Assembly: GCA_039586795.1 (NCBI GenBank)
Contig: JBDHJS010000071.1
Span: forward strand, 1 to 25,085
Length of the DNA stretch: 25,085 nucleotides
Source: Gemmatimonadota bacterium
GTDB taxonomy: Bacteria; Gemmatimonadota; Gemmatimonadetes; Palauibacterales; KS3-K002
Reading direction: 5' to 3'
Shown: positions 1 through 7,829 of the stretch, piece by piece
How positions within the stretch are numbered: position 1 is the stretch's first letter
Layout: each line of letters starts with the position of its first letter
Notes under the pieces: model-generated
What the model saw: the letters and a program-made list of their open reading frames with translations, nothing else
Database searches by the model: none
What the model was told of the DNA's origin: nothing
Program-made: the position numbers and the translations under genes

Positions 1-417
1 TTGAAGGGTTGGAAGGCGATCGCCGCGCTGGCCATCATCGCGGCGGTCGTCGGCGGCAAGTTCCTGTTTGAGCGGTCGACTCTGACGACCGAGGCGACGG
101 AGGAGATCAAGCTCTATCTGCGAGGCGAATACGTCTCCCAAGAGCTTCGCGACTTCGACCTCGAGCAGATGACCGACGAGGAGGCGGAGGCCAAAGCGCA
201 GGAGCTTCTCAAGCTCGAAGACATCCAGTTCACGTCGGTCAGCGCTCGTGGACGCGGCGACGATGTGCGCGTGAAGCTGGAGATCCAGGTGGCCGGCGAG
301 GTTCCTCCCGATGGGAAACGCGTCCGCTACTACCAGCTCTCACATAGCGCGCTCACCGGCTGGCACGTGCGGCGTGAGATCAGCGCGCTTTCCTACTATC
401 TGAAGCTCTCTTTGTAG
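1..417 (+). CDS. hypothetical protein with N-terminal membrane anchor/signal (5' end may lie outside the window)
   Basis: 138-aa ORF from TTG at position 1; hydrophobic AIAALAIIAAVVGG followed by an acidic helical region; GC-rich third codon positions. Confidence 0.65.
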   Translation: MKGWKAIAALAIIAAVVGGKFLFERSTLTTEATEEIKLYLRGEYVSQELRDFDLEQMTDEEAEAKAQELLKLEDIQFTSVSARGRGDDVRVKLEIQVAGEVPPDGKRVRYYQLSHSALTGWHVRREISALSYYLKLSL

Positions 418-463
418 TCACCCGGGAACCTCCCTTTACTTCACCCCGTTTCAGGTTTCGAAC

Positions 464-493
464 TTGCCGGTCGGAGCGATGTGGTAGTAAAAT
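464..493 (+). promoter_or_regulatory. candidate sigma70-type promoter for the DUF4332-mscL cluster
   Basis: TTGCCG (464-469), 18-nt spacer, TAAAAT (488-493), in the intergenic region before 612. Confidence 0.45.
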
Positions 494-611
494 CCACGCC
501 CGTTCCATCACAAAGACAGCGGCGCGCCGTCCCCCGACAGGGGCGCGTTACGTATGAAAGCGATGCGACGGTTTTGAGCGTTTTGGAACCCCAACCGCAA
601 GGAGACTACCA

Positions 612-1016
612 ATGGGAAAGATCAGCGACATCGAAGGGATCGGCCCTAGCTACGCCGAGAAGCTGCAAGGCGCCGGTATCAACACCACCGAGGACTTGCT
701 CGAGCAGTGCCGTACGCCCAAGGCGCGCAAGGAGATCGCCGAGAGCACGGGCATCAGCGACAAGCTGGTGCTGCGCTGGGCGAACCAGGCCGACCTGTTC
801 CGCATCAAGGGAGTGGGCGAGGAGTATTCGGACCTGCTGGAAGCGGCGGGCGTCGATACAGTGCCGGAGCTCGGCCAGCGAAACGCGGCCAACCTCTGCG
901 CGAAGATGGTGGAGGTCAATGAAACGAAGAACTTGACCCGTCAGCCGCCGGCAGAGAGCCAGGTCGCCAAATGGATCGAGGAGGCGAAGACGCTGGAGCG
1001 GAAGCTCGAGTACTAG
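612..1016 (+). CDS. DUF4332 domain protein (helix-hairpin-helix repeats)
   Basis: N-terminal ISDIEGIGPSYAEKL, second HhH RIKGVGEEYSDLLEAAGVDTVPEL, C-terminal QVAKWIEEAK; RBS AAGGAG at 599-604. Confidence 0.88.
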   Translation: MGKISDIEGIGPSYAEKLQGAGINTTEDLLEQCRTPKARKEIAESTGISDKLVLRWANQADLFRIKGVGEEYSDLLEAAGVDTVPELGQRNAANLCAKMVEVNETKNLTRQPPAESQVAKWIEEAKTLERKLEY

Positions 1017-1030
1017 ATCAAGTGATCTAG
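1013..1030. promoter_or_regulatory. perfect 8-2-8 palindrome (operator-like)
   Basis: CTAGATCA-AG-TGATCTAG, overlapping the DUF4332 stop codon; function unknown. Confidence 0.35.
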
Positions 1031-1078
1031 CGGCAGGGATGCGTCGGCGGTGTGTCAGCCGCTGCTGCGTCCCTGCCG
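1031..1078 (+). other. long GC-rich intercistronic hairpin (mRNA stabiliser or weak terminator)
   Basis: CGGCAGGGATGC (1031-1042) pairs with GCGTCCCTGCCG (1067-1078) with one G-U pair; inner CGGCGG/CCGCTG stem; only a weak T tail. Confidence 0.55.
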
Positions 1079-1131
1079 TTGTCTCATGATCGAAGCGAGT
1101 CTTGCTGTTTCTTAAACTGGAGGGACGAACG

Positions 1132-1572
1132 ATGCTGAAAGAGTTCAAAGACTTCGCCATGCGGGGAAATGTCCTCGATATGGCGATCGGTATCATCATG
1201 GGCGTGGCTTTCGGCGCCATCGTCACATCGCTGGTCAACGACGTCATCATGCCGCCCATCGGCCTCGTGCTTGGCCAGGTGGATTTCTCCAGCCTCTACG
1301 TCAACCTGTCGGGCGCCGAGTACGCGTCGTTGGCCGCGGCGGAAGAGGCGGGCGCCCCGGTGATCAAATACGGCGTCTTCCTCAACGCGGTTCTCAATTT
1401 CCTCATCGTCGCGTTTGTCATCTTCCTCCTGGTTAAGCAGGTCAACAAGCTGAAGCAGGAAGAAGAGGCGCCGGCCGAGCCCACGACCAAGAACTGTGAC
1501 TACTGCAAGACCGAAATTCCGATCGAGGCGGTGCGCTGCCCGCATTGCACGTCGGAGCTCAAGGCGGCATAG
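1132..1572 (+). CDS. mscL: large-conductance mechanosensitive channel MscL with C-terminal Cys4 zinc ribbon
   Basis: [44 protein letters not shown] and [24 protein letters not shown] at 1132 after GGAGGG RBS; tail CDYC...CPHC. Confidence 0.96.
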   Translation: MLKEFKDFAMRGNVLDMAIGIIMGVAFGAIVTSLVNDVIMPPIGLVLGQVDFSSLYVNLSGAEYASLAAAEEAGAPVIKYGVFLNAVLNFLIVAFVIFLLVKQVNKLKQEEEAPAEPTTKNCDYCKTEIPIEAVRCPHCTSELKAA

Positions 1573-1587
1573 CTGCGGAGTCGGCAA

Positions 1588-4032
1588 GTGGAGAACTACG
1601 AGAAGCTGGGGGCCTTCTACCTGGGCCGCCCGTACGATCTGGCGGAGAAGAAGGGCGAAGGCCTCCTGCTCTATGATTCGAAGGACCTAGTCACCCACGC
1701 CGTATGCGTCGGGATGACCGGTAGCGGTAAGACGGGTCTTTGCATCGGCCTGCTGGAGGAGGCCGCTATCGATGGCATCCCGGCTATCGTCATCGACCCC
1801 AAGGGCGACATCCCGAACCTGCTTCTCACCTTCCCGGAGTTGCGGCCGCAGGACTTCCAGCCGTGGGTGAACGAGGACGACGCCCGCAAGAAAGACCTCT
1901 CGGTGGAAGAGTTTGCCGCCGGGCAGGCAAAGCTGTGGAAGGAAGGGCTGGCAAGCTGGGGGCAGGACGGCTCGCGTATTCGCCGTTTGCGTGAAGCTGC
2001 CGACTTCGCCGTCTACACGCCGGGCAGTACAGCGGGTCTTTCGGTGTCGATCTTGTCGTCGTTCGCCGCGCCGCCCGCCGCAATCCGAGAAGACGCTGAG
2101 TTGCTGGGCGACCGCATCAGCACGACGGTGACGAGCCTGCTGGCGCTGCTGGGTATCGATGCAGACCCGATCCAGAGCCGGGAGCACATTCTCTTGTCGA
2201 CGATCTTCGGCACGGCATGGAATGAGGGCATCAACCTGGACCTGGCGATGCTGATCCAGGCGATCCAGAAGCCGTCCTTCTCCAAGGTCGGTGTCATGGA
2301 CCTGGAATCGTTCTATCCGGGAGACGATCGGTTCGAGTTGGCGATGGCGCTGAACAATCTCCTGGCGGCGCCGGGCTTCAGTGCCTGGCTGGAAGGCGAA
2401 GCGCTGGAGATCGATCGCATGCTCTACACGCCGGAAGGGAAGCCGCGGGTCTCGGTCTTTTCCGTGGCTCACCTGAACGAGGCAGAGCGGATGTTCTTCG
2501 TCTCGCTGCTGCTCAACCAGGTGGTGGGTTGGATGCGAGCGCAGCCCGGGACGAACAGCCTGCGGGCCATCGTCTACATGGACGAGATCTTCGGGTACTT
2601 CCCGCCGGTGGCGAACCCGCCCTCGAAGCTTCCGTTGCTGACGATGCTGAAGCAGGGACGGGCCTACGGACTGGGCGTCGTGCTCGCCACGCAGAACCCG
2701 GTGGACCTGGACTACAAGGGCCTGTCGAACACCGGCACCTGGTTCATCGGCCGCCTTCAAACCGAGCGGGACAAGTCTCGCGTGCTAGAGGGATTGGAGG
2801 GTGCGGCCGCCGGCAGCGCCGGGCGGTTCGATCGTGGTGCGATGGAGGAGACGCTGGCCGGACTTGGCAAGCGGAAGTTCCTGCTCAACAACGTACACGA
2901 AGACGAGCCGGTGGTCTTCGAGACGCGCTGGGTCATGTCATATCTGCGGGGGCCGTTGACGCGCGACCAGATCAAGCGGTTGATGGCCCCGCGGTCGACC
3001 GCGCCGGGTGCGCCAACAGCGTCGCCGGCGGCCGCGGCGCGAACGGCACGGCCGGCGCCACGGCCGGTTAAGCCATCGGGAATGGAGCGGCCGATTCTGC
3101 CGCTTGCCATCCCGCAACACTTCATCCCGCGTCGTGGCGGTGCGGAGGCGGGCCAATCGCTGATCTACCATCCGACATTGCTGGCCGCGGCCAGGGTCCA
3201 CTTCTCGGATCGCAAGACGAAGATCGAACAGACGGAGGAGATGGTCTCCATCGCCGATCTGGCGGATGGCCCGGTCACCGTGGCGTGGGACGAAGCGGTG
3301 GAGGCGGACATCGACGTGTCGGACCTGGAGTCGGCGCCAGAAGGCGAAGCCGACTTCTCCGAACTGCCGGCCGCGGCCGCCAAGAAGACGAGCTACACGA
3401 GCTGGAAACGGGAGTACAAAGACTGGCTCTATCGCAACCGCACGCTCGAACTGCTGAAGAGTCCGACGTTCAAGGAGTACTCGCAGCCAGGCGAAGACGA
3501 GCGCGATTTCCGGATTCGCCTGCGGCAACGGGCGCGGGAAGAACGCGACGAAGCGCTGGAAAAACTGCGGGCGAAGTACGCGAAGAAGATCGACACGCTG
3601 GAAGATCGAATACGAACGGCCGAACACGCTGTGGCGCGGGAAGCGGAGCAGGCGAAGCAGGCGAAAGTTCAGACGGCGATCTCGTTCGGTGCCACCCTGC
3701 TGAGTGCCATGGTGGGCCGCAAGATGACGTCGCGCTCGTCGGTTGGCCGTGCGACAACGGCGGCGCGTGGCGTCGGCCGATCGATGCAGCAGGCGCAAGA
3801 TGTGGATCGGGCGCGGGAGAAGCTGGAAGCGCGGGTACAGAAGCTCCGGGACCTGGAGGCCGAGTTCGAGAGCGAGATGGAAGACGTCCGGGAGAGGTAC
3901 GATCCCGACGTTGAGGAACTAGAGACGGTCATCGTGCGGCCGAAGAAGAAGGATATTGCGGTGAAGCTGGTGGCGTTGGCTTGGGCGCCGCATTGGCTTG
4001 GCGAGGGTGGGGAAGTTGTCGAAGCGTTTTAG
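1588..4032 (+). CDS. HerA/FtsK-superfamily P-loop ATPase (DUF87/DUF853-like) with C-terminal coiled coil
   Basis: Walker A GMTGSGKT, IVIDPKGD, Walker B IVYMDE, GRAYGLGVVLATQNP motif; Pro/Ala linker; long charged helical C-terminus. Confidence 0.85.
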   Translation: MENYEKLGAFYLGRPYDLAEKKGEGLLLYDSKDLVTHAVCVGMTGSGKTGLCIGLLEEAAIDGIPAIVIDPKGDIPNLLLTFPELRPQDFQPWVNEDDARKKDLSVEEFAAGQAKLWKEGLASWGQDGSRIRRLREAADFAVYTPGSTAGLSVSILSSFAAPPAAIREDAELLGDRISTTVTSLLALLGIDADPIQSREHILLSTIFGTAWNEGINLDLAMLIQAIQKPSFSKVGVMDLESFYPGDDRFELAMALNNLLAAPGFSAWLEGEALEIDRMLYTPEGKPRVSVFSVAHLNEAERMFFVSLLLNQVVGWMRAQPGTNSLRAIVYMDEIFGYFPPVANPPSKLPLLTMLKQGRAYGLGVVLATQNPVDLDYKGLSNTGTWFIGRLQTERDKSRVLEGLEGAAAGSAGRFDRGAMEETLAGLGKRKFLLNNVHEDEPVVFETRWVMSYLRGPLTRDQIKRLMAPRSTAPGAPTASPAAAARTARPAPRPVKPSGMERPILPLAIPQHFIPRRGGAEAGQSLIYHPTLLAAARVHFSDRKTKIEQTEEMVSIADLADGPVTVAWDEAVEADIDVSDLESAPEGEADFSELPAAAAKKTSYTSWKREYKDWLYRNRTLELLKSPTFKEYSQPGEDERDFRIRLRQRAREERDEALEKLRAKYAKKIDTLEDRIRTAEHAVAREAEQAKQAKVQTAISFGATLLSAMVGRKMTSRSSVGRATTAARGVGRSMQQAQDVDRAREKLEARVQKLRDLEAEFESEMEDVRERYDPDVEELETVIVRPKKKDIAVKLVALAWAPHWLGEGGEVVEAF

Positions 4033-4069
4033 GTGGTGTGTGATCCGACTCGAGGTGGAGTGAGAAGAC

Positions 4070-4669
4070 ATGTCATTGCTCGACTTGTTGGGTGATCAAC
4101 TTACAGGTGAGCCGGCGGCTCAGATCGGGAAGCAGCTGGATATGGATGAAGGGTCCGCGGGTAAGGCGATCGCGGCGGCTTTACCGGTTTTGATGACGGC
4201 GCTGGCGAGTAACGCGTCGCGTGGGGACGGCGCGGCGTCGCTGGCGGGAGCGTTGGAGCGCGATCACGATGGCTCGATCCTGGACAACCTCTCCGGTTTT
4301 CTGGGAAGCCCCGAAACGGGTAACGGGGACGGGATACTGCGGCACGCCCTCGGTGGGCGGCGGCCAGCAGTGGAACAGGAATTGGGTCGGCAGACCGGGC
4401 TCGACCTGAGCCAGGTCACGAAGCTGCTGCCGATACTGGCGCCCATCATCATGGGCGCACTGGGGCGCGCGAAGCGGCAGGACTCGTTGGATATCGATGG
4501 TCTAACGGCCATGCTGACGGGCGAGCGTCAGAGTGCGGAACGAGGATCGGGAGCGTCGCTGGGCGCCTTCGCGACGTTGCTCGACTCCGACGCGGACGGC
4601 GATGTGACGGACGACGTAGCCAAGATGGGAGTGGGCTTGTTGAGCCGGTTCCTGAAGCGGCGTCGATAG
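4070..4669 (+). CDS. DUF937 domain protein
   Basis: AALPVLMTAL, HDGSILDNLSGFLG, GDGILRHALG, LLPILAPIIMGALG, C-terminal LLDSDADGDVTDD. Confidence 0.88.
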   Translation: MSLLDLLGDQLTGEPAAQIGKQLDMDEGSAGKAIAAALPVLMTALASNASRGDGAASLAGALERDHDGSILDNLSGFLGSPETGNGDGILRHALGGRRPAVEQELGRQTGLDLSQVTKLLPILAPIIMGALGRAKRQDSLDIDGLTAMLTGERQSAERGSGASLGAFATLLDSDADGDVTDDVAKMGVGLLSRFLKRRR

Positions 4670-4699
4670 GTCTTGAACTAAGAGGGAGGAGACAACGAG

Positions 4700-5176
4700 A
4701 TGGGAATCTTCGATTTCGTGAAGGGTGCCGGCGCCAAACTGACGGGGAAGAAGAAGGACCCGACCCAGACGGAGGAGTTCCAAGAGCTCCGTAAGGGTAA
4801 CGTTCTGATGCAGCACGTCATGGCGCTCGAGCTCGCCATCGACGACATGAAGATCACTTACGACGACGGCGTCGCATCGATCGTGGGGAAGTGCCCTACG
4901 CAAGAGGATCGTGAAAAGGTCATTCTCGCGGTGGGGAACGTGGAGGGCGTCGCCCAAGTCGATGACCAGATCGAGGTGGTCGAGCCCAAGCCGGAAGGCG
5001 TCTTCCACACGGTCGTCTCCGGCGATACGCTTTCCAAGCTGGCTAAGACTCACTACGGCGATCCGATGAAGTACCCGATCATCTTCGCTGCGAATCAGCC
5101 GATGTTGGAGCACCCTGACAAGATCTACGTCGGACAGGTGCTGAGGATTCCACCGGTTGACGCTCACTTGAAGTGA
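4700..5176 (+). CDS. lysM: BON-LysM protein (YgaU/Kbp family)
   Basis: MGIFDFVKGAGAKL; BON EKVILAVGNVEGVAQVDDQI; LysM HTVVSGDTLSKLAK..YGDPMKYPIIFAANQPML..PDKIYVGQVLRIP; RBS GGAGG. Confidence 0.92.
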   Translation: MGIFDFVKGAGAKLTGKKKDPTQTEEFQELRKGNVLMQHVMALELAIDDMKITYDDGVASIVGKCPTQEDREKVILAVGNVEGVAQVDDQIEVVEPKPEGVFHTVVSGDTLSKLAKTHYGDPMKYPIIFAANQPMLEHPDKIYVGQVLRIPPVDAHLK

Positions 5177-5194
5177 CGGGAATTCGAGAGCACC

Positions 5195-5247
5195 AACAAG
5201 AGACGCCCGATCGCCGGGTTGGAGCCGGCTGATCGGGCGTTCTGTTT
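5195..5247. terminator. probable bidirectional intrinsic terminator
   Basis: ACGCCCGATC (5203-5212)/GATCGGGCGT (5231-5240) plus GCCGG/CCGGC; flanked by AACAAGA and TCTGTTT; lies between convergent genes. Confidence 0.75.
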
Positions 5248-5269
5248 GCCTTCGTCGATCAGAAAGCGG

Positions 5270-5923
5270 CTAGCTCACGAGCTCACGGACTGTCGTCGCC
5301 TGCGCCTGCGCCGCGTCGATCGATTCCTGGTCGACGGGCTCCTCCAACAGCTGAACCTTGAGCAGCCCCTGGTGGACTCCGTCCAGCGCCTCGACGGCTT
5401 GCTGGGCGGCCGGCACGAGCTTCTGCGCCTGGTCGTCGGCACGGTATTTCTGCGAGCGAGCGTGCTCAACGAGGTTCTCCATGGCGTTGAGCAGCGACTT
5501 GGCCGCGTTAACCGCTGAGTCGGCAACCTCAGCGTTCTGGGGGCGGACCGCATCGGCGACCTTCATGATGCCATCGTGCAGCTGGCGGGAGCGGACGAGC
5601 TCGTAGTCGAGCGGCGTGGTGTAGACTTCCTTCACGGGCTTCTGGCGCGGCGGGATCAACAGCTCGACGATCGAGTAGCCGCGCGATAGCAGACCAACGG
5701 TGTGCAGAGCGAAAATGAGCAGCCAGGGTACGATGGGGTAATAAGCCCACTGGATGCCTGGCGATGTGGCCTGATCGGCGGCGAACAGGGCAACGCATAC
5801 CGCGAGAAGAACCAGCAGATGCCGCTGGTAGATTCGCCGGCGGCGCTCGGCGACTCCACTGGGGCCGGGCCGCGTGGCGACCCGTGCCGTAGGCACGGCG
5901 GGCTGCTGTGCTTCTTCCGTCAC
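5270..5923 (-). CDS. 2TM-domain membrane protein with C-terminal helical domain
   Basis: HLLVLLAVCVALFAAD...WAYYPIVPWLLIFALH fits the 2TM pattern; GTG start preceded by GGGAGG, 3 nt after the DUF819 stop. Confidence 0.7.
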   Translation of the reverse strand: MTEEAQQPAVPTARVATRPGPSGVAERRRRIYQRHLLVLLAVCVALFAADQATSPGIQWAYYPIVPWLLIFALHTVGLLSRGYSIVELLIPPRQKPVKEVYTTPLDYELVRSRQLHDGIMKVADAVRPQNAEVADSAVNAAKSLLNAMENLVEHARSQKYRADDQAQKLVPAAQQAVEALDGVHQGLLKVQLLEEPVDQESIDAAQAQATTVRELVS

Positions 5924-5926
5924 GAT

Positions 5927-7066
5927 CTATCCTCCCAACAAAGCGCGTACAAAATAGGCGATGCCAAATCCGGCATAGTTCCCCAACGCGTAACCGAGCA
6001 GGCCGACCGCCACGCCGGGAAGGGCGAGGGCGGGCCAGCGGCGGGCCACCGCGATCGCCATGCCGGTCGACGGGCCGCCGATGGCGGACTGCGAGGCGAC
6101 GGCGATCATCGGCAGCGATCCTCTCAAGGCTCGGCCGACGACGAGCAGAAAGATACCATGAATGGCGACGACGACGAGGGTGTAGAGGAAGATCGCCGGA
6201 CCGGCGGCGATCATGGCGCCCAGGAGCGAGCGTATCCCGATCACGGCGAAGAACAGGTGGAGACCCAGGTTGCCCAGCTGGGTCGCGCCGTGGATACGAC
6301 GTATGGCGGACAGCTGAGCCAGCATCAGGGCGATGGTCGTCAGCCAGAGGATCTCCGGGAAGAAGCCGATCGTGCCGGCGAGGGCGCGGGCGCCGATCAG
6401 GACGGCCATGCCGAGGGCCGCCAGGGTGACGAGATCGACCAGCGAGATGGGCGCTGCCCCCCAGAAGGGGTGAGCGTTCGAATCCGGTTCGTCGGCCGCC
6501 GCGTTCGGTCCGCGGGTCACCGACGGACGAAGCAATGTCGCCGGAGCCAGCAGCGTGATCCCCATCCAGATCGCCGTTGTGACGTTATCGGCGGCGGCCG
6601 CCGCCGCGAAGGTGGAGGCGGGCAGCTCGAGCCCGCGACCCACGGCGGCGAAGTTGACGCTGCCCCCGGTGTACGTGCCGGTGAAGGCGCCGGCCAGCTT
6701 CCAGGTCTCGGGTCCGATGGCGCCGGAGAACATCAAGGCGCCGACCAGCGCACCCAGAGCGGTCCCGACGCTGGCCACGATGAAGACCAGGAGCATCATC
6801 GGGCCGGCCTGCTTCAGGTCGTCGAGACGGACTCCGAGCAACAGGTAGATGATGGCGAGGGAGGTAACGGGCCCCTCGATCTCGTGGTAGACCGGCGAGT
6901 CATTGGGCACGAGGCCGGTATTCGAGAGGACGGCGCCGAAAATGATGACCAGCATGGACGCCCCGATCTTGGCGAAGACCGGGTGGCTGCGGTCGAGCCA
7001 GAAGGCGAGGGCGGTGACGCCAGCGATGAGGGCTGCAATGGTCAGCGGATCTGTGAACAAACCCAT
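5927..7066 (-). CDS. DUF819 (YjcL-like) polytopic membrane protein
   Basis: about 10-11 hydrophobic segments; GTYTGGSVNFAAV and ASQSAIGGPSTG motifs; GLLGYALGNYAG. Confidence 0.88.
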   Translation of the reverse strand: MGLFTDPLTIAALIAGVTALAFWLDRSHPVFAKIGASMLVIIFGAVLSNTGLVPNDSPVYHEIEGPVTSLAIIYLLLGVRLDDLKQAGPMMLLVFIVASVGTALGALVGALMFSGAIGPETWKLAGAFTGTYTGGSVNFAAVGRGLELPASTFAAAAAADNVTTAIWMGITLLAPATLLRPSVTRGPNAAADEPDSNAHPFWGAAPISLVDLVTLAALGMAVLIGARALAGTIGFFPEILWLTTIALMLAQLSAIRRIHGATQLGNLGLHLFFAVIGIRSLLGAMIAAGPAIFLYTLVVVAIHGIFLLVVGRALRGSLPMIAVASQSAIGGPSTGMAIAVARRWPALALPGVAVGLLGYALGNYAGFGIAYFVRALLGG

Positions 7067-7270
7067 TATTCCGTTTTGAAGATTTGTTGACGAATCCGCG
7101 TATTGTGCGGCTACGGGTCGCGGCGGGCAAGCGGAGCGGATGAGGAGACAGAAGCCAGCCGCTGATCGGAACCGGGCGTGTCCGGTGGCCGGCGGCAGAT
7201 CGAAATGGAACAGGGCCGTATCCAGCGCGCCGGGCCGCTCCGGTTATGCGTGGGGGGGTGGCGAGCAAGC

Positions 7271-7305
7271 GGTAAGGGGTAAAGGGTGAGAGGTTAGGGG
7301 TAATC
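7271..7305 (+). repeat. 7-nt tandem array (GGTRAGG-like, 5 units), left flank of the four-helix-bundle gene
   Basis: GGTAAGG GGTAAAG GGTGAGA GGTTAGG GGTAATC. Confidence 0.8.
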
Positions 7306-7321
7306 TATAGCGAGGGCTCGA

Positions 7322-7723
7322 ATGGATTTGGCTGAGGATTTCACAGAGCTGGATGTCTATAGGGAAGCGAGGTCGGTGGCGAAAGAGATCTATGAATTGT
7401 CGAAGGCGTTTCCTCGAAGGGAGTACTACGAGCTGGTCGCACAACTGAGACGCGCTTCGAGGTCGATTGGGGCTCAGATTGCCGAGGCATGGGGGAAACG
7501 TAGATATCCGAGGCACTTCGTGGCGAAACTGACTGACGCCGATGCCGAGCAGCGGGAGACACGCCATTGGATTGGACTTGCAGTGGATTGCGGTTACCTG
7601 GAAGAACAACGGGCGAGCGAACTCGACGAGCGCCTCACTCGCATAGGCAAGATGCTCGTAAGCATGATGAAGAAAGCACCACTATTTAGAGTGAACAGAG
7701 CCAGTACGAGTGGGCCGATCTAG
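7322..7723 (+). CDS. four helix bundle protein (23S rRNA IVP / bAvd-like family)
   Basis: FTELDVYREA, FPRREYYELVAQLRRASRSIGAQIAEAWGKRRY, KLTDADAEQRETRHWIGLAVDCGYL. Confidence 0.93.
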   Translation: MDLAEDFTELDVYREARSVAKEIYELSKAFPRREYYELVAQLRRASRSIGAQIAEAWGKRRYPRHFVAKLTDADAEQRETRHWIGLAVDCGYLEEQRASELDERLTRIGKMLVSMMKKAPLFRVNRASTSGPI

Positions 7724-7744
7724 GTGCCGGATAACAACAACCGC

Positions 7745-7779
7745 CGTCACCCCTCACCCCTTACGCCTCACCCCTCTCC
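7745..7779 (-). repeat. 7-nt tandem array (CCTCACC, 5 units), inverted relative to 7271-7305
   Basis: CGTCACC CCTCACC CCTTACG CCTCACC CCTCTCC. Confidence 0.8.
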
Positions 7780-7829
7780 ACGACAGGCGAACTTGCGCCA
7801 TCACAACCGCCTCCCGATACTACCCCACC

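Noticed and set aside
1687..3798. Long - strand ORFs (357 and 286 aa)
   Set aside because: Antisense to the well-supported ATPase; no recognisable motifs
1588..4032. Conjugative VirB4/VirD4 or HerA anti-phage system
   Set aside because: No T4SS, relaxase, integrase, nuclease or Sir2 neighbours
5702..7090. 462-aa + strand ORF
   Set aside because: Antisense shadow of DUF819 with an Arg/Gly/Asp-rich composition typical of GC-rich off-frame ORFs
7322..7723. Diversity-generating retroelement (avd) or 23S rRNA intervening sequence
   Set aside because: No reverse transcriptase, no TR/VR pair differing at adenines and no rRNA sequence in the window
7271..7779. CRISPR array
   Set aside because: 7-nt tandem units with no spacers; no cas genes
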